Assembly: GCF_009914755.1 (NCBI RefSeq)
Contig: NC_060935.1
Direction: 5' to 3' (one strand)
Source: the human T2T-CHM13v2.0 reference genome, Homo sapiens
Length of the DNA: 64,000 nt
In this document: one piece after another, positions 26,291-39,329 of the stretch
How the letters are laid out: each line of letters begins with the position of its first letter
How positions within the stretch are numbered: position 1 is the stretch's first letter
Made by a program: the position numbers and the translations under genes
The notes under the pieces: model-generated
What the model was told of the DNA's origin: nothing
The model's database searches: none
What the model saw: only the letters and a program-made list of their open reading frames with translations

Positions 26291-26959
26291 TTCATTTATG
26301 AAACTCACGGTCTTTATAACTTCTATGTCATCATTAGCTTTATTGCATCTTTACCAGTAGTTTCCCTCTTCTTTTGCTGGGTTGTTTACTTTATTTCAAT
26401 ATATAATCATATTTTATTAAGATATTGAATTTTCTTCTGAGTACAGTTTATATGTTTTGTTGACTAATATTTTTATTAGAACTATTTTGAAGTGTTTTAT
26501 TATTAAAATGTTTTTACTTCACTTATTCATAAAATGTTTAGAGTGTTTCCAGGAAATGATTAAAGATTGAAAGATTTTCTTGCACTGGTCATTTAAAGTA
26601 GGACGTTGGAGCCTCTGGGCTTGGATTTCCAGTTTATAATCAGAATTTTCGGAAGTAGAAGCTTCTACTTTTATCAAGCTATAAGTAGTCTATCTGTGCT
26701 CCACCAAATGTTTTGTTTGTTTTTTTGTTTTGTTTTACTGTGTATGAAACTACACAAGAATGATTCTGAGAAACACAGGTCCCCGTTGGTATTGTCTGCT
26801 CTGGTGTTTATAACCGGAAAATTTTATTCACGATCTGAAAAAAATGTGCATAAACTCAGTACAATTTTTCCTACAATAAGAGAGATTGTCTCGCCTTAAG
26901 TGTTGAAAACAAACAAGAACATAAACATCCACTAAGCAAGTTAATATGTGTATAATACA

Positions 26960-27310
26960 AATATGGACAATAAGCTATTATGACAGAGAAAAAGAAATAG
27001 ATAATAGCATTGTGGGGCCATGCTGAGTACTACGGTAAGGTTCACTCAGAAGACAAGATGATATCTGAGTTGAGACGTAAAAATTCACAAGAACAACCAA
27101 AAAGGGAATAACATTTTTCCATGTATGATGAGGGAAATGTGAGCTGCTAGGTATGGATTGATATTCCAAGTAAAGGAAATCTTGAGCAAAAGAGTAGAGG
27201 TGAGAGAGCGTGCACTGGTTAGAGAGAAGTAAAGAAATGAAGATTATGGTAAAATTCAAGGATAATGGGAAATGCACATTCATATTATGTCTAACAATTT
27301 TTAAAGTGAC
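26960..27310 (-). mobile_element. L2 fragment
   Basis: ggtaaggttcactcagaagacaagatgatatctgagttgagacgtaaaa antisense L2 motif. Confidence 0.6.
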
Positions 27311-27401
27311 ATTCTTATCTGTTGAAAGCCAACATTAAATCCTCGAATAAATCTGGGGCGGTCTTTTGGAAAGCAAACACAGAAAAGTTACCACTGACTG
27401 T

Positions 27402-27840
27402 TGTGTGGCTAATGATTTCAGCTGCTAGTAAAGTAAACTCTAAGTAACAGTAACTTAAACAGGAAAGCGTTACTTTTCCCTCAACAAAGGAAACCCCTAC
27501 TTAGATTCCTGCTGGTATTCCTTCAGCTCACAGTAATGTCAGACCTGGGAGTCAGCATCTGTGGAATTATCAGGGGCCTTTCCCCAATGGCCATTAGATG
27601 GCTATAGTCTTGGGCATGACATCCCCAATCAAATGGAAGAAAGGCTCATTTTTTTTTCCTAAAATGTAGGAGCTAAAATAAAGCCTCCTACAATTCAACA
27701 GACGTATCATATCTCATTTGCCAGAAAGATGTCATGTGGCTAATTCAAATTCAAGATATCCTGGGGAAAGAGGGCAAGAAGAGCATGTTGGAAATAGTCC
27801 ATTGGTCCTTTGATTAGTCAACGTAAAATGTTTGCCAGAA
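27402..27840 (-). mobile_element. Old MLT1 (J/K-like) LTR
   Basis: ttcagctgctagtaa...aacagtaacttaaac...agatggct...atctcatttgccagaa...gtcatgtggc...tgtttgcca. Confidence 0.6.
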
Positions 27841-29150
27841 CCACCTTCTCTGAGTTCTCATGCTGTGACCACTACCTCTGGGAAGAATGACTCTTACTCT
27901 CTCAGTCCTTTCTTTAAAGTATTTACAAATGGTTTAATCAATTATTGTATCAATATATTACCTTTGAAAAGAAAAGAAAGGTTTACACTTCTGAAAAATT
28001 TTAGCTAAAAATTTAGCACTTTTTCGCTAAAAATTTTAGCTAAAAATCTATGGTACTCTTCGTCAGTGTTGTTTCTCTCTGTCTCACACACACATGCACA
28101 TGTGCACACACACATGCACACACATGTGCTTTTGTTTTCCCCATCTACGTATCTAGTTTTTGTTAAGAGTTGTAGGAAAAAGATCTGAATAGTTTTAGAA
28201 AGAAAACAGAAAAAAAGAGAATCATTCAGTCCACTTTTATTTTGTCAAGCCTAAATTAAATGCCTCAAGGAATATATGACATAGTGATACTTGATGATAA
28301 AAATTCTATTTGGTGCATAGCATTGTATTACAAAGACCAGTTGTTTGCTAGTTTGTAACGAGCACTGTGCTAAGCAGGGAAACTATTACACACTTGGAAT
28401 TGCTGTAGGAAACAAAATGTGATCATATAAAAAAAAGAGTAGCTTTGCTTTTTAGAAATGTCCAATTGCCATAGGAGAAAAATGAGTGAATTTAGATTCA
28501 ACTGTATTGGAATGAAGGGAATAGGAAAGGATATTAAACTTTGGAAGTGATTACTAAGAAATCTTATAAAAGGGTTAACTGATACCATTGTCTAGAATGG
28601 TTTAAAGAAGCATGCCTCATACGAGCAGTACATTAACCTTGCAAGACTGCTTTGGACATATGTATTAAAAACATATGCATCTGATCTTCAAAGTAAACTT
28701 TAGCATGGTAACAAGGTTGCTGAAGTCACATAACTAGTGTAAATCAATGTATCTATGTACTAGCAATTGACTCTATACACATTCCAAGATTTAAAGTGAA
28801 TTATGGTTCTCTTATCAAATAATCTCCTAGGCTTTGTCAGTGGAGCGCTTAACACCAGGCTAGTCTCATACTAGAGGTGTAATTGTTTTTGGAATTTATT
28901 GGAAATTGAGTTCCTTTAAAATTCTAGAACAATAGTCTCTACAAACAAACATAATGGAATTTAAACACACACACGTACACACATGCACACAAATGCACAC
29001 ATGACATGTTATGGGATATATTTTAACAGTTTTAGAGTTCTGTCTTGAGAAATGTTTATTTTAAATTATATATCAAGAAATTATTCAACACTTTTTCTGT
29101 TATGCTAATTAAATCTATAGTACCAGGTCTGTGGCTCCAACGGTGACTTG

Positions 29151-29216
29151 TTTTCTTATTTACCTTGTAAATTTTCTTATTTACCTTACCTGTGACATAT
29201 TTTCTTATTTACCTTG
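29151..29216. repeat. Three copies of 16-mer TTTTCTTATTTACCTT
   Basis: Copies at 29151-29166, 29172-29187 and 29200-29215. Confidence 0.95.
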
Positions 29217-29303
29217 TTTACCAGTGGTCTATTTAGGACCTTAGGAACTCAGCTTTCCTTTGATAATTATTTCTTGGAAGAACTGTTTACCCCAGAGATG
29301 AGT

Positions 29304-29304
<1 letters not shown>

Positions 29305-29368
<64 letters not shown>

Positions 29369-29369
29369 T
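29305..29369. repeat. (GT)28 microsatellite with short interrupted tail
   Basis: Pure GT run 29305-29360. Confidence 0.97.
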
Positions 29370-30422
29370 ATGATATTATGACTAAGGATATTGGCCTAGT
29401 AAGTTATAGTTAGTTGTTTAAATGCTAGTCTTCCCTAAAAGACTGAGCTGATGTCAGCTCTTCATAAAACATGGATAATGGCTACATTTCCAGCTACTTT
29501 TATTTTACTTTGAACCCATGCTGCTGGATAGTAGATAAATAGGTGGATAAAGATATAGATATCATATAGGAAAGAATGAGCATTTCTTGGAATTGAAGAT
29601 GACCTTCTACTTGCCTTGCTTTTGGTTAATTGTTTTTCATAAATTCATCGTTAAAAATATATCGGACACTTTTTGCTTGGATTGCTATATATGAATTTCT
29701 GTTTATTTTATTTTTAAAATTTTTTATAAAATGTAAAATTTTTGTAGTTACTTTGGAAAATCTAGATAGTGATAATAAGGAAAATACAAATGTGAATGTG
29801 TGGTTTCCCCTGTCACCCCTAGCCTTCCAGGTAGGCACCTAGTGAGTTCTCAGATTTCTACTCTGGACTCAGATGTGGCAGATAAATGAGTTTATTTTCT
29901 TTAACTAACATAATTTGTTATTGCACGTCTACTGTACTAAGGGAAAGATCTATTGGAATTAAAACCTGCCAATTAATTTATTTTACTTCCTTTAGTGTTA
30001 AAAATCTCCATTTAGAAGCAATTTTATTGAGTAAATAATGATACTCCTAGGGTTTTTCTTATTCTGACTCCACTCCTTCCATCAGCCACGGGTATCTGGA
30101 TACAGCAGGAATCCTGTGAGATTTCATGAGGAGGGAACATTGATTCATATTTGAATGTGTGCCCTTGTTTTGATGTCTACTAAAGTAGGGTGCTGTTTTT
30201 TAAAATGGAAGATTCAGTAAAGAAGTCCTTGCTCATTAAACAAGATTTAAATAAGCAGAGGATACAAGGAGGAGAAGAACATTCAAGTTAAAGAAAAAAA
30301 AAAAAAAGAAATGAAGATTCCTTTGTATTGTGCTCTAGTAGAGAACTAGAATGTAAACAATAGCAGTAGTCAGCAAGGATGATATGCCACAGAAGGAAGC
30401 TGTCGATACACAGAGGAGTTCA

Positions 30423-30836
<414 letters not shown>

Positions 30837-31704
30837 CTATTGTTACTATCTGAAAGAAGCAGATTTGGCAAAAATCTTCTGTTGTTATACAAAAAGATGG
30901 GAGAGGTACCCGCTCTGTTTCAGTTATCATCCCCTAAATATGTGTTACACACACAACTTTGTCCTGCACTCAACCTACTACTTGGCCCTATTATTCAGAT
31001 TGCTGTTATCCCGTTTCCAACTCATCTAACATCCTGAGCTGCTAAGGAAGTAAAACCTACAGAAATAGAAATGCTGGGAGTGAGGTAAAACCTGCTTCAG
31101 CATGATTTTGAACTTGACAAACAGCTGTTCACATCAGAGTTGTCTTATATTCCAAGATGGATAAGGAGAACGTGAAGAACATATTAGTTATGGACTTAGT
31201 AGGAGACTTAATGTTAAAAATGGTATTTAAATAAGTCTAGTTATTTAAGAAATCATTTAAACTCATTAACACATAGGCCATCAATGATGTCTAAATCCTT
31301 AAAATTTTAGGTCAGTAGATATCAAATATAATAACAAAAGAAGCCTAATGTTTACAAACCTTTGCTACAAGAATACTTTCTTGTTTCCTGGAGCTAAATG
31401 GAATAATCCATAAAAATAAAAATTGTTTCACAGTACATCTGGATTTATAGATTCAAGCAAACAAAATAAGCCTTTTTAGCATAAAATAAAAAAGAAACTT
31501 TATAATGTAAGAAAAGGTTTAAACTAAATTCTCTGAAGTAAAAATATGTTACTACTCTTGAACAATTTAAAAATATACCACATTTTAAAAACTTGCAAAT
31601 CCTAACTAAGCTATATTATTTTAACAGTTTTCTAAAACCTGTACTAAGGTTGTTATCCTCTGAATTTGGAATATGTCAAACATAACTCTTTCAACAATAC
31701 CTTT

Positions 31705-31810
31705 AAAATTCTGAAGAAATTGTGTATGCATTGCCTGGAAAGTGAAGTTTTGGGGAAACATGATAACTGCCTTTCAATATTTAAAAGGCTGTCATGTGGA
31801 AAAGACAGCA
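31705..31810 (+). mobile_element. L3/CR1 LINE 3' fragment
   Basis: gcctggaaag...ggggaaacatgataactgcctttcaatatttaaaaggctgtcatgtggaa matches the L3 hallmark. Confidence 0.7.
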
Positions 31811-32530
31811 AGGTGACAAGTGCTCTTTCATTGGAAACATTTAAAGCAGAAGCTATGTAAAAACTCAGAATACTGTAAGTAGAGCACTTAGGTGGTTGAA
31901 CTTGTTGACATTCATATTTCATTTCATTTTATCCTTTCAATTAGGAAATACATTTTATTTAATGAAGCTGAAATAGTATTATTATGTGTTTTCCTGGACA
32001 TTGACCAGAAGAAGTGAAGATGCCTCCTTGAGATTTTAAAAGCATGTTTTAGGAAGTTAGAAAAATTAATGTAGCTTTATCTGGAAAAAAATAGTGCCTT
32101 TCAGATTAATTTCTACTTATAAGACTGTCTCCTATTATTCAAACATCCTTCTCTCTCATTATTCACAAAGACCAACAGCTTACAGGCAGGGAAGTTAAGA
32201 AATTGCCATCCTTAAAGCTATTGCTTATCCAAATTATACTGTCCCAATAATCTTTTCCTACTACAAGTGGATTATATGAGAATATAGAGGATCAAAACAT
32301 TATAATATGATTCAGTTTCTATGAATTACTATGAGGAATTTAGTAGTTGACACTCATCATAGTGAATAGATAATATTGTCGTGTGTTTCTCTGTTATGCA
32401 TACGATTAGGAGCCAATGAAAATGTAACTCTACAATAGTATATAAGGACATTAATACTTTTTCAAAAAAAAGTATTCTAATATGACTAACTCATGTCTCT
32501 CTAACATCTAAAGTAAAATAATTATAAGTT

Positions 32531-32632
32531 AGAAGGAGGAGGAAAAGAAGGGGGAGGATGTGGAGGAATAAAGGAGAAGAGGAAAGAAGATAAATGAAAA
32601 AAGAAGGAAAAAGAGGAATAGGAGTAGGAGGA
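32531..32632. repeat. Purine-rich (GA/GGA/GAA) low-complexity tract
   Basis: agaaggaggaggaaaagaagggggagg...gaggaataggagtaggagg. Confidence 0.85.
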
Positions 32633-33689
32633 TTGTTGTTCCAATTGCGACAATCAAATGCTCTTCTCGTTTAATTCCACATTCTCAAGGACCCTTATCC
32701 TCCTCTTCACTTTGGTATGTTCAGTGTTTTTGTCAGCACTGTGCTGCAGATGTCTATGCTTACATGGAAAAATGAACAAGAAAAAATCTGTTTTCTTTGT
32801 ATTTTTCCTTGCTGACATCCATGCATAAGCAAAAATGTGTATAAGCAAATGAGCCAAATGATTATGGGTAATTAGCTTGTGGAATATATGAAAGCAAATT
32901 GTTTGCTATATATAAGCAGGGTTTTTTTTTTACAAGATTATATTATCATTAAAGCATATCTGGAGTTAGCCAATTAGGACACTCACTGAAATTTAGCCAA
33001 TTAGAAGTCAACTCTGTGAGCATGTCTGCAAGAAGTTTTCTAGAATGTTCCAATGGTTCTCTGGTTTTGAAAATGATGTAATTTTATTGGGATGTTAGTC
33101 TACTGATATTAAAAGAATGTAGTAATTTAATCTCTTGTAAATGATCATCTTTAGATTATGCTCTCATCACAGTATTTGATATCATCTTGAGCTGTCCAAT
33201 GATGTAATTGATCTTAGTGTTATTGTGTGTCAATTTCAAGATACATAATTTGCTTCAGTGTCATTTATCACACTTTTTAATCACCATGGATGATGACTAC
33301 AGCTTTAATGTAGTTCTGTTTTTGATTAGTGTAATGTCATTTCTGAGTTTCATTCTCTACAAAGGAATAGAAGAATTGTGTCTCTATGCCTGTCAAGTCT
33401 CACACTTAACATGAAAACTAAATTCACTTCAAAGGCTCTATGAAAACAAATTTCATTACAGCACCCTTGCTTAAATAAAATGAACTATTATTTTGAAAAA
33501 TTACTTATAATAAATATCCTTAAGTGGGTAATTTAAAAAGCTAATACATCTGGGTCAGTGTTTCACTAGTTTGTGAGTATACTCATCCTTATCTATAATC
33601 TCTGCAGTATAGAAGCATCTTTACTGGGACTTGGGACTTGGCTGTGTATTTGGTTCCTAGATCCTCACAGAGCTATCATAAAAGAGTAG

Positions 33690-33900
33690 CATGTGAACAA
33701 TCAGATCTAGATTTCCTTCCCAGTTCCACTGTTTACTACAGTTTTTTCTTAAAGATTTATTTTCCGATTCTCAATTCCTTGTCTCTATAATATAGATAAT
33801 AAACACTTAGAGTTAGTTTTTCAGAGTTACTATGATGTGATAATACATAAGAAAGCACCTAACATATTGTCTGGACTAATAAAGATTCATTATGCTATTA
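33690..33900 (+). mobile_element. MIR SINE
   Basis: tcagatctagatt...ctcaattccttgtctctataatatagataat...aagaaagcacctaaca. Confidence 0.6.
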
Positions 33901-35138
33901 TCTTCCTTCCTCTGCAACTGTACCAGATATTTCTTTGTCGTTACTTATGGTTCATTAATTTTTGTATCTTTATTTTTTATTGAAGCCATTTAAATAGTCA
34001 CAAAACATATTAATTAGGAGGGACTAGGCATAGACTGTTTGGCTAGAAAATAAGTAGTCTCTTATATTTTAATATTCTCAGGTCATCTCAAATGGAAGAT
34101 CACATTACTGGGAGATCAGAGTGTATACATTGCTATTAATAGTTACCTACTTAATATCCTTTCTCTCTCTTCACTGGCAAATTTTATTCACTTAGATGGG
34201 CACCAATACACTCAACTAAAATATGTGATTTTTCCTTTCTTATTGTCTCTGATGTTTGAAATATTCTTGTCACCTTTTATGTATTCAATCTACTCCAAAT
34301 TATGACCATTCTACTTTGATCATCATCCCTGTAGAGCTTCTACCTCCTTTTCCAGAGCAGCTTTTAATCTTTCAGACCCATTTTTTATCTCCTGACATAT
34401 GCTTCTCAAATGTTCAAGGACATTTCTCGACAAGTGTTGATCATTGTAAAATATTTATTTTTATATTTTACATGGCTATGAATGATTTCATGGAACTAGA
34501 CTTTGAAATGAATGTGTTTTCTCATCATTAAATTTGGTAACACTTAGCAAGACTATGAATGGGATAGCTCTTTTTCTACAGTCATCTTGGCTTAACATCT
34601 AATGTGTTTGCATATGCATGATTATAGTCTCCTCGTGAACTTACATTACTAAGTACTTTTAAAATACAAATGCTTCTCTAATAATCATATTGATAATATT
34701 CCTTTTTTTAAATTGTATAAAGACATTCTGCTACATCTGAAGTTATTAAAAATGAACTCTGAATATTTTTAATACCTCCAGAACACTGTCCTTCTTATTT
34801 AAAATTATAACCCCCCCAAAATAAAATAAACTTAGGACCCTTATATACTGAATGCTTATTGAGCGCTTGCCACTTTATTTAGTTCATGTAACCCTCACAA
34901 AATTGAAGAAGAAATTGGTGTTGTCCTTGTTTAAAAGTAGAAGATATGGAAGCTTGCATAGAGACATTTTGTAAATAGCAGAAATTGAATGCAAATACTT
35001 GTGCTTGTAACTTTAAAGGAGCTGATTATGATTATTCTGTTTGATTACTATTTATATTCATATATGACCAGAAAAAAAGCCACACACCTCCAGGAATTCT
35101 TAAAGGTCCCACAAAATTGAGTAAACACAAGTACTCAC

Positions 35139-35242
35139 CAAAGTGATTTAAGGCTACTAGAAATTTTCTGTGGGCAGCCTCATCAGAGTTCTCTGCAGGT
35201 AACATAGACAGAGGTGGTGTTTCATTTTTCATTCTACATTTA
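35139..35242 (-). other. Candidate 104-nt spliced exon (probably non-coding)
   Basis: Minus strand: branch point CTCTAAC (35280-35274), CCTCTTTCTGTAG acceptor (AG at 35244-35243), donor TTG|GTGAGTAC (GT at 35138-35137). Confidence 0.35.
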
Positions 35243-37145
35243 CTACAGAAAGAGGTATTTACATTATTCCTTTGTTAGAGCTGAAGATCAGGTAGGGAAG
35301 AAGTGCATTACTTTTCTAGCAACTGGCAATTTATTTTATGTAAGATATAATGAGACTACATTTCCAAAATGATTACCAAGTATATTCCCAATCAATGGAA
35401 TTGAAAGGTACATCATCAGTAAGCTTTCAGAGTCCATCTTTTGTATACTACGAAGATTCTTGTTATATTTCATATTTAATTTCCATGTTTAACTGCTTCT
35501 TCCAGTAATCACTGATGAAATGTCGGTTTGGTGAAAGTTTCTAACTTTTGCTGGTTTCATTAAAGTTATGCTTTAACTTACTTTGATAATTATATATCAT
35601 GTTTATATGACACTATTGTTATAGCATAACTGTACTGTACTTGATATTCTATCTAATATACTCTATGATGTGTTAGAATACATTAATAGGCCCCTGCCTA
35701 ACAACAGGTATGTGCTGCTAAACACAGTGCTGTGTCCAAATGTAAAACTAATTCATGACTAAGGAACATTGTAAAAATAACAGGCATGAAAAATAATGGG
35801 ATTCTCTAATTTATTTAACAAGTGTAATAATCATACTATAAAAATGTGAGAGACTATTTTGTTAAAATGAAAACATTTTCTAGTGAGGCCATATTTGGAT
35901 AAATACACTGCACAGATTAATGTTTCTGTTTCTCACTTTCTTCATTTGTCTTAATAAAGGATTTAAGAAAGAAGTTTTCAAAGGCAACTTCTTACTTAAT
36001 ATTTTATCAAGGATGGTATTTTTGCAAAAATAGGGTCACTCATATCTTTATTACACTGGAATAACAACACTGGTAGATAAACATAATATTAAATGGCCAA
36101 TAAATTGTTTAAAACAGCATTTGCTATGCTGTGTCTTATAGGAGTTGTCTTTTCTAACTACCTTTGGCCCAGTTATTTTACGTTTTAGTTAGAAATAAAT
36201 TTCTGATTTTATTTCTAAAAAATGTGCTTTCTACAGACATGAATCTACAAAAAACATGAAAAATATGATTTGTTAAAATAAATGTGACATTAAAATAAAA
36301 GTGTACGATTATATAACTTATAGCTATACATCGTATAATGTGTGGTTATCTCAGAAAAGTGAATACTTTGTTCTTTAGTTAATAAGAAAAAGAATTTAGC
36401 TGTTCTACCAGAAAGTTCCTACAACAGAAAAGATCTGTTTTGAATGTAATAAATGAGCCTGTAGCTAAGAAATGCATGTTGACTGAGCTTAGTGGATTCA
36501 CACTGAGTCTAACAACGCCTTTTATTGATAATCTTCCACCATCTGCTCTGAAGATATATTCATACAAAGAAAAAAAAGCAGGTGAGAAGAAAGAATGCAA
36601 ATAAGTGGCAATACTTAAAATTTGAATCATGCTGTGATTTTGCAAACTGGATTGATGCTACTGTTGCTTTTAAAAACATTACAATATTTGATGTAACAAA
36701 GTTGATGGTTAACTTCCACTTTCGGTCCATTTGCTTACATGAGCAGGAAAGTGCTCCCAGAAATGTCCGATTCATAAATTTAAATGATTGGTAGAAACAG
36801 TACTAATGTAATTTACATTTTGTATAGGGATAGCACTTTCATTCTGGCAAAAATAAAAGAATAATGTATATATTGATGGTCCTCTCAATAGAATTGAAAA
36901 GGCCTTTGACTAGGTATAAATAGAAAATATATATATATAAAAGCTTACAAAGTTAAAAAAAAAAACACATAAAAAACTTCCACATTAATAGTCCCTTGAA
37001 AGGTAGGGAATCACTGAAAGGTAAAAATATGGTAGGTCAAAGTAATACTAAATCTGGGGATGTAAAAAGAAAGACTTTCCAGTGAAATCAAAGGAAAGAC
37101 CACTTATGTGTAAGAAAATAGAGGAAAGGACGATTTGCTGTTTTC

Positions 37146-38932
37146 AGTTCCAATTTGAAAATTTCTTTCTCTTGTCGAATTGCTCTGGCTAGGACTTCCA
37201 GTACTATGCTGAATAAATGTGGTGAAAGTGGGCATCCTTGTCTTGTTCCAAATCTTAGAGGAAAGGGTCCAGTCCTTCCTTCCCACCTACTTTCCTGCTC
37301 ACTTAATCCCCACTGAGTGTGTGTCTGGAGAGTCAAGCAAAACTCTTTTTAAATTTTATTTTTTTATTTTTTAAAGAGAGGACAGACATTTGAAACATTT
37401 TCTCCAAGTTTCCATAAAAAGCACTTTATGAAACAATCTAGGCTTACCAGCCTTGACATTCCCCAGCTCTCTGGACTTAATCACAAAGGGAGATGAGGCC
37501 AAGCCTTGGGAGGTAGAGTAGAAGAAAGTATAGGACTCCTTTGATGCCATCTACACACATTAAATGGACCAGCCACTTCTCTACATTGGGCCTTTATCTT
37601 TTAACTATTAAAGCATAAGGTTATTCATGTATAAGGCTGGCTGCAAAATCCTTCACAAATGAAAGTATACCCTGTAAGTGCACTTAATAGGCCCCCCTTT
37701 AATTTCTATTGTTCATAGTGGCATAAACAAGGGTTTTCACCATTCAATAAGAAGTTAACTGTGGGTTTGTCATATATGACCTGTATTGAGATATGTGCCT
37801 TATATACCCAGTTGGTTAAGACTTTTTTTTATTATGAAGAGATGTTGAATGTTATTGAATGCCTTTGGGGCATCTGTGGAAATGATCATACGATTTTTAT
37901 CCTTGATTCTGTTAATGTGATGTTTCACATTATCTCACAATGTATGTATGTAAAACCTATCTTGCATCCCTGGGATGAATCCCAGTTGGTCATGGTGAAT
38001 GATCTTTTTAACATGTTGCTGAATTCACTTTTATAGTATTTTGTTGAGAATTTTTGCATCTATCTTCGTCAGGGATATTGGCCTGCAGTTTTCTTTTTTT
38101 GTTGTGCCTTTGTCTGGTTCTGGTAGCAGGGTACCTTGTAGAATGAGTTTGGAAGTATTCCTCTTCAATTGTATTGGAACAGTTTGAGTATACGTGGTAT
38201 TAGTTCTACTTTAAATGTTTGGTAGAATTTAGCAATACAGCCACTGGGTCCTAGGCTTTTCTTTGATGGGAGAACTTTTATTACTACTTGTATCTCATTG
38301 TTCATTATAGTCTGTTCAAGTTTTCTATTTTGTCATGGTTTAATATTTGAAGGTTGTATATGTTCACAAATTTAACCATTTATTCTAGGCTTTCCATTTT
38401 TTTGGTGTACGGTTGTTCATAATAGTCTCTAATGACTTTTTGTGTTTTTCTGGTACCAGGTGTAATGTCTTATTTTTAACTCTGATTTTATTTATTTGGG
38501 TCTTCTTCCTTTTTGTCTTAGTCTAGCTAAAGGTTTGTAAATTTTCCTTATCTTTAAAAAACCAACTTTTTATTCATTGATCTTTTGTAATTTTTAAGTT
38601 TTCTGTTTTACTTATTTCTGTTCTTACCTTTCTCATTTCTTTCCTTCTACTAATTTTGAATTTGGCATGTTATTGCTTTTTTTTTAGTTTTTTGATGAGC
38701 ATTGTTAGGCTGTTTATTTGAAGTCTTTTTTTATACTGTAAGCATTTACTGCTATAAACTTTCTTCATAGTACTGCTTTTGTTGTATCCCATAGATTTGG
38801 GAATGTTGTGTTTTCATTTTTTCCAAGACTCTTTAAAATGTTATTCCTAATTTTTTAAATTAATTCATTGGTTGTACAGGAGCATGTTGTTTAATTTTCA
38901 TATATTTAGTGGTTCCAAAGTTTCTCTTGTTT
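37146..38932 (-). mobile_element. L1 (L1MA/L1PB-age) ORF2 segment, inverted 5' part; interrupted at 37269-37734
   Basis: gctctggctaggacttccagtactatg...gggcatccttgtcttgttcc; translation [30 protein letters not shown] is the L1 RT motif; resumes at ttttcaccattc. Confidence 0.95.
37581..37732 (+). repeat. 152-bp dispersed duplicate of 40658-40809 (ERV internal sequence)
   Basis: 148/152 identical, same orientation, no indels, 3077 bp apart. Confidence 0.97.
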
Positions 38933-38934
38933 GT

Positions 38935-39329
38935 GCCCTTGTTTGCAAACGTGACCTTCTACTTACAAAATCTAAAGACACCACCAAATAATTGTTAGAA
39001 CCAATAAATAAAATTAGTGAAGGTGCAGTATACTAACTCAGTGTAAATAGCTCATTAGCATTTCTATGTGCCAGCAGCAAACAATTTGAAAAAGAAATTA
39101 GGAAAGCAATCCCATTTACAATGAGTATGAAAAATACATTACCTAGGAATAAATTAAACCAAAGTAATGGAAGATCTCTATAATAAAACCAGTAATATAC
39201 TGATCACAGAATTTTAAAAAGAACACACAAAATAATGGAAAGATATCCCATGTTCATGGATTGGATGAAGTAATATTGTTATAAATTTCATATTACCTTA
39301 AAAAAATCTACAGATCCAGTGCAATCCCT
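38935..39329 (+). mobile_element. L1 ORF2 segment, non-inverted part; 3' end missing
   Basis: gtttgcaaacgtgacc...aaagacaccaccaaa...gaaagatatcccatgttcatggattgga...aatctacagatccagtgcaatccct. Confidence 0.93.

Noticed and set aside
29151-29216. Repeat-spacer-repeat pattern resembling a CRISPR array (also 59868-59918)
   Set aside because: Human DNA, 16-18-bp units, spacers of 0-12 nt, no cas genes; ordinary micro-duplications.
37088-37336. ORF with RT motif [10 protein letters not shown]
   Set aside because: Short relic of L1 ORF2 fused to inserted DNA; not a functional reverse transcriptase.
37581-37732. Duplicate as a 3' transduction by the AluYb9
   Set aside because: The copy carries no Alu sequence or poly(A), starts ~35 bp beyond the Alu TSD, and is 2.6% diverged, which appears older than the Alu.
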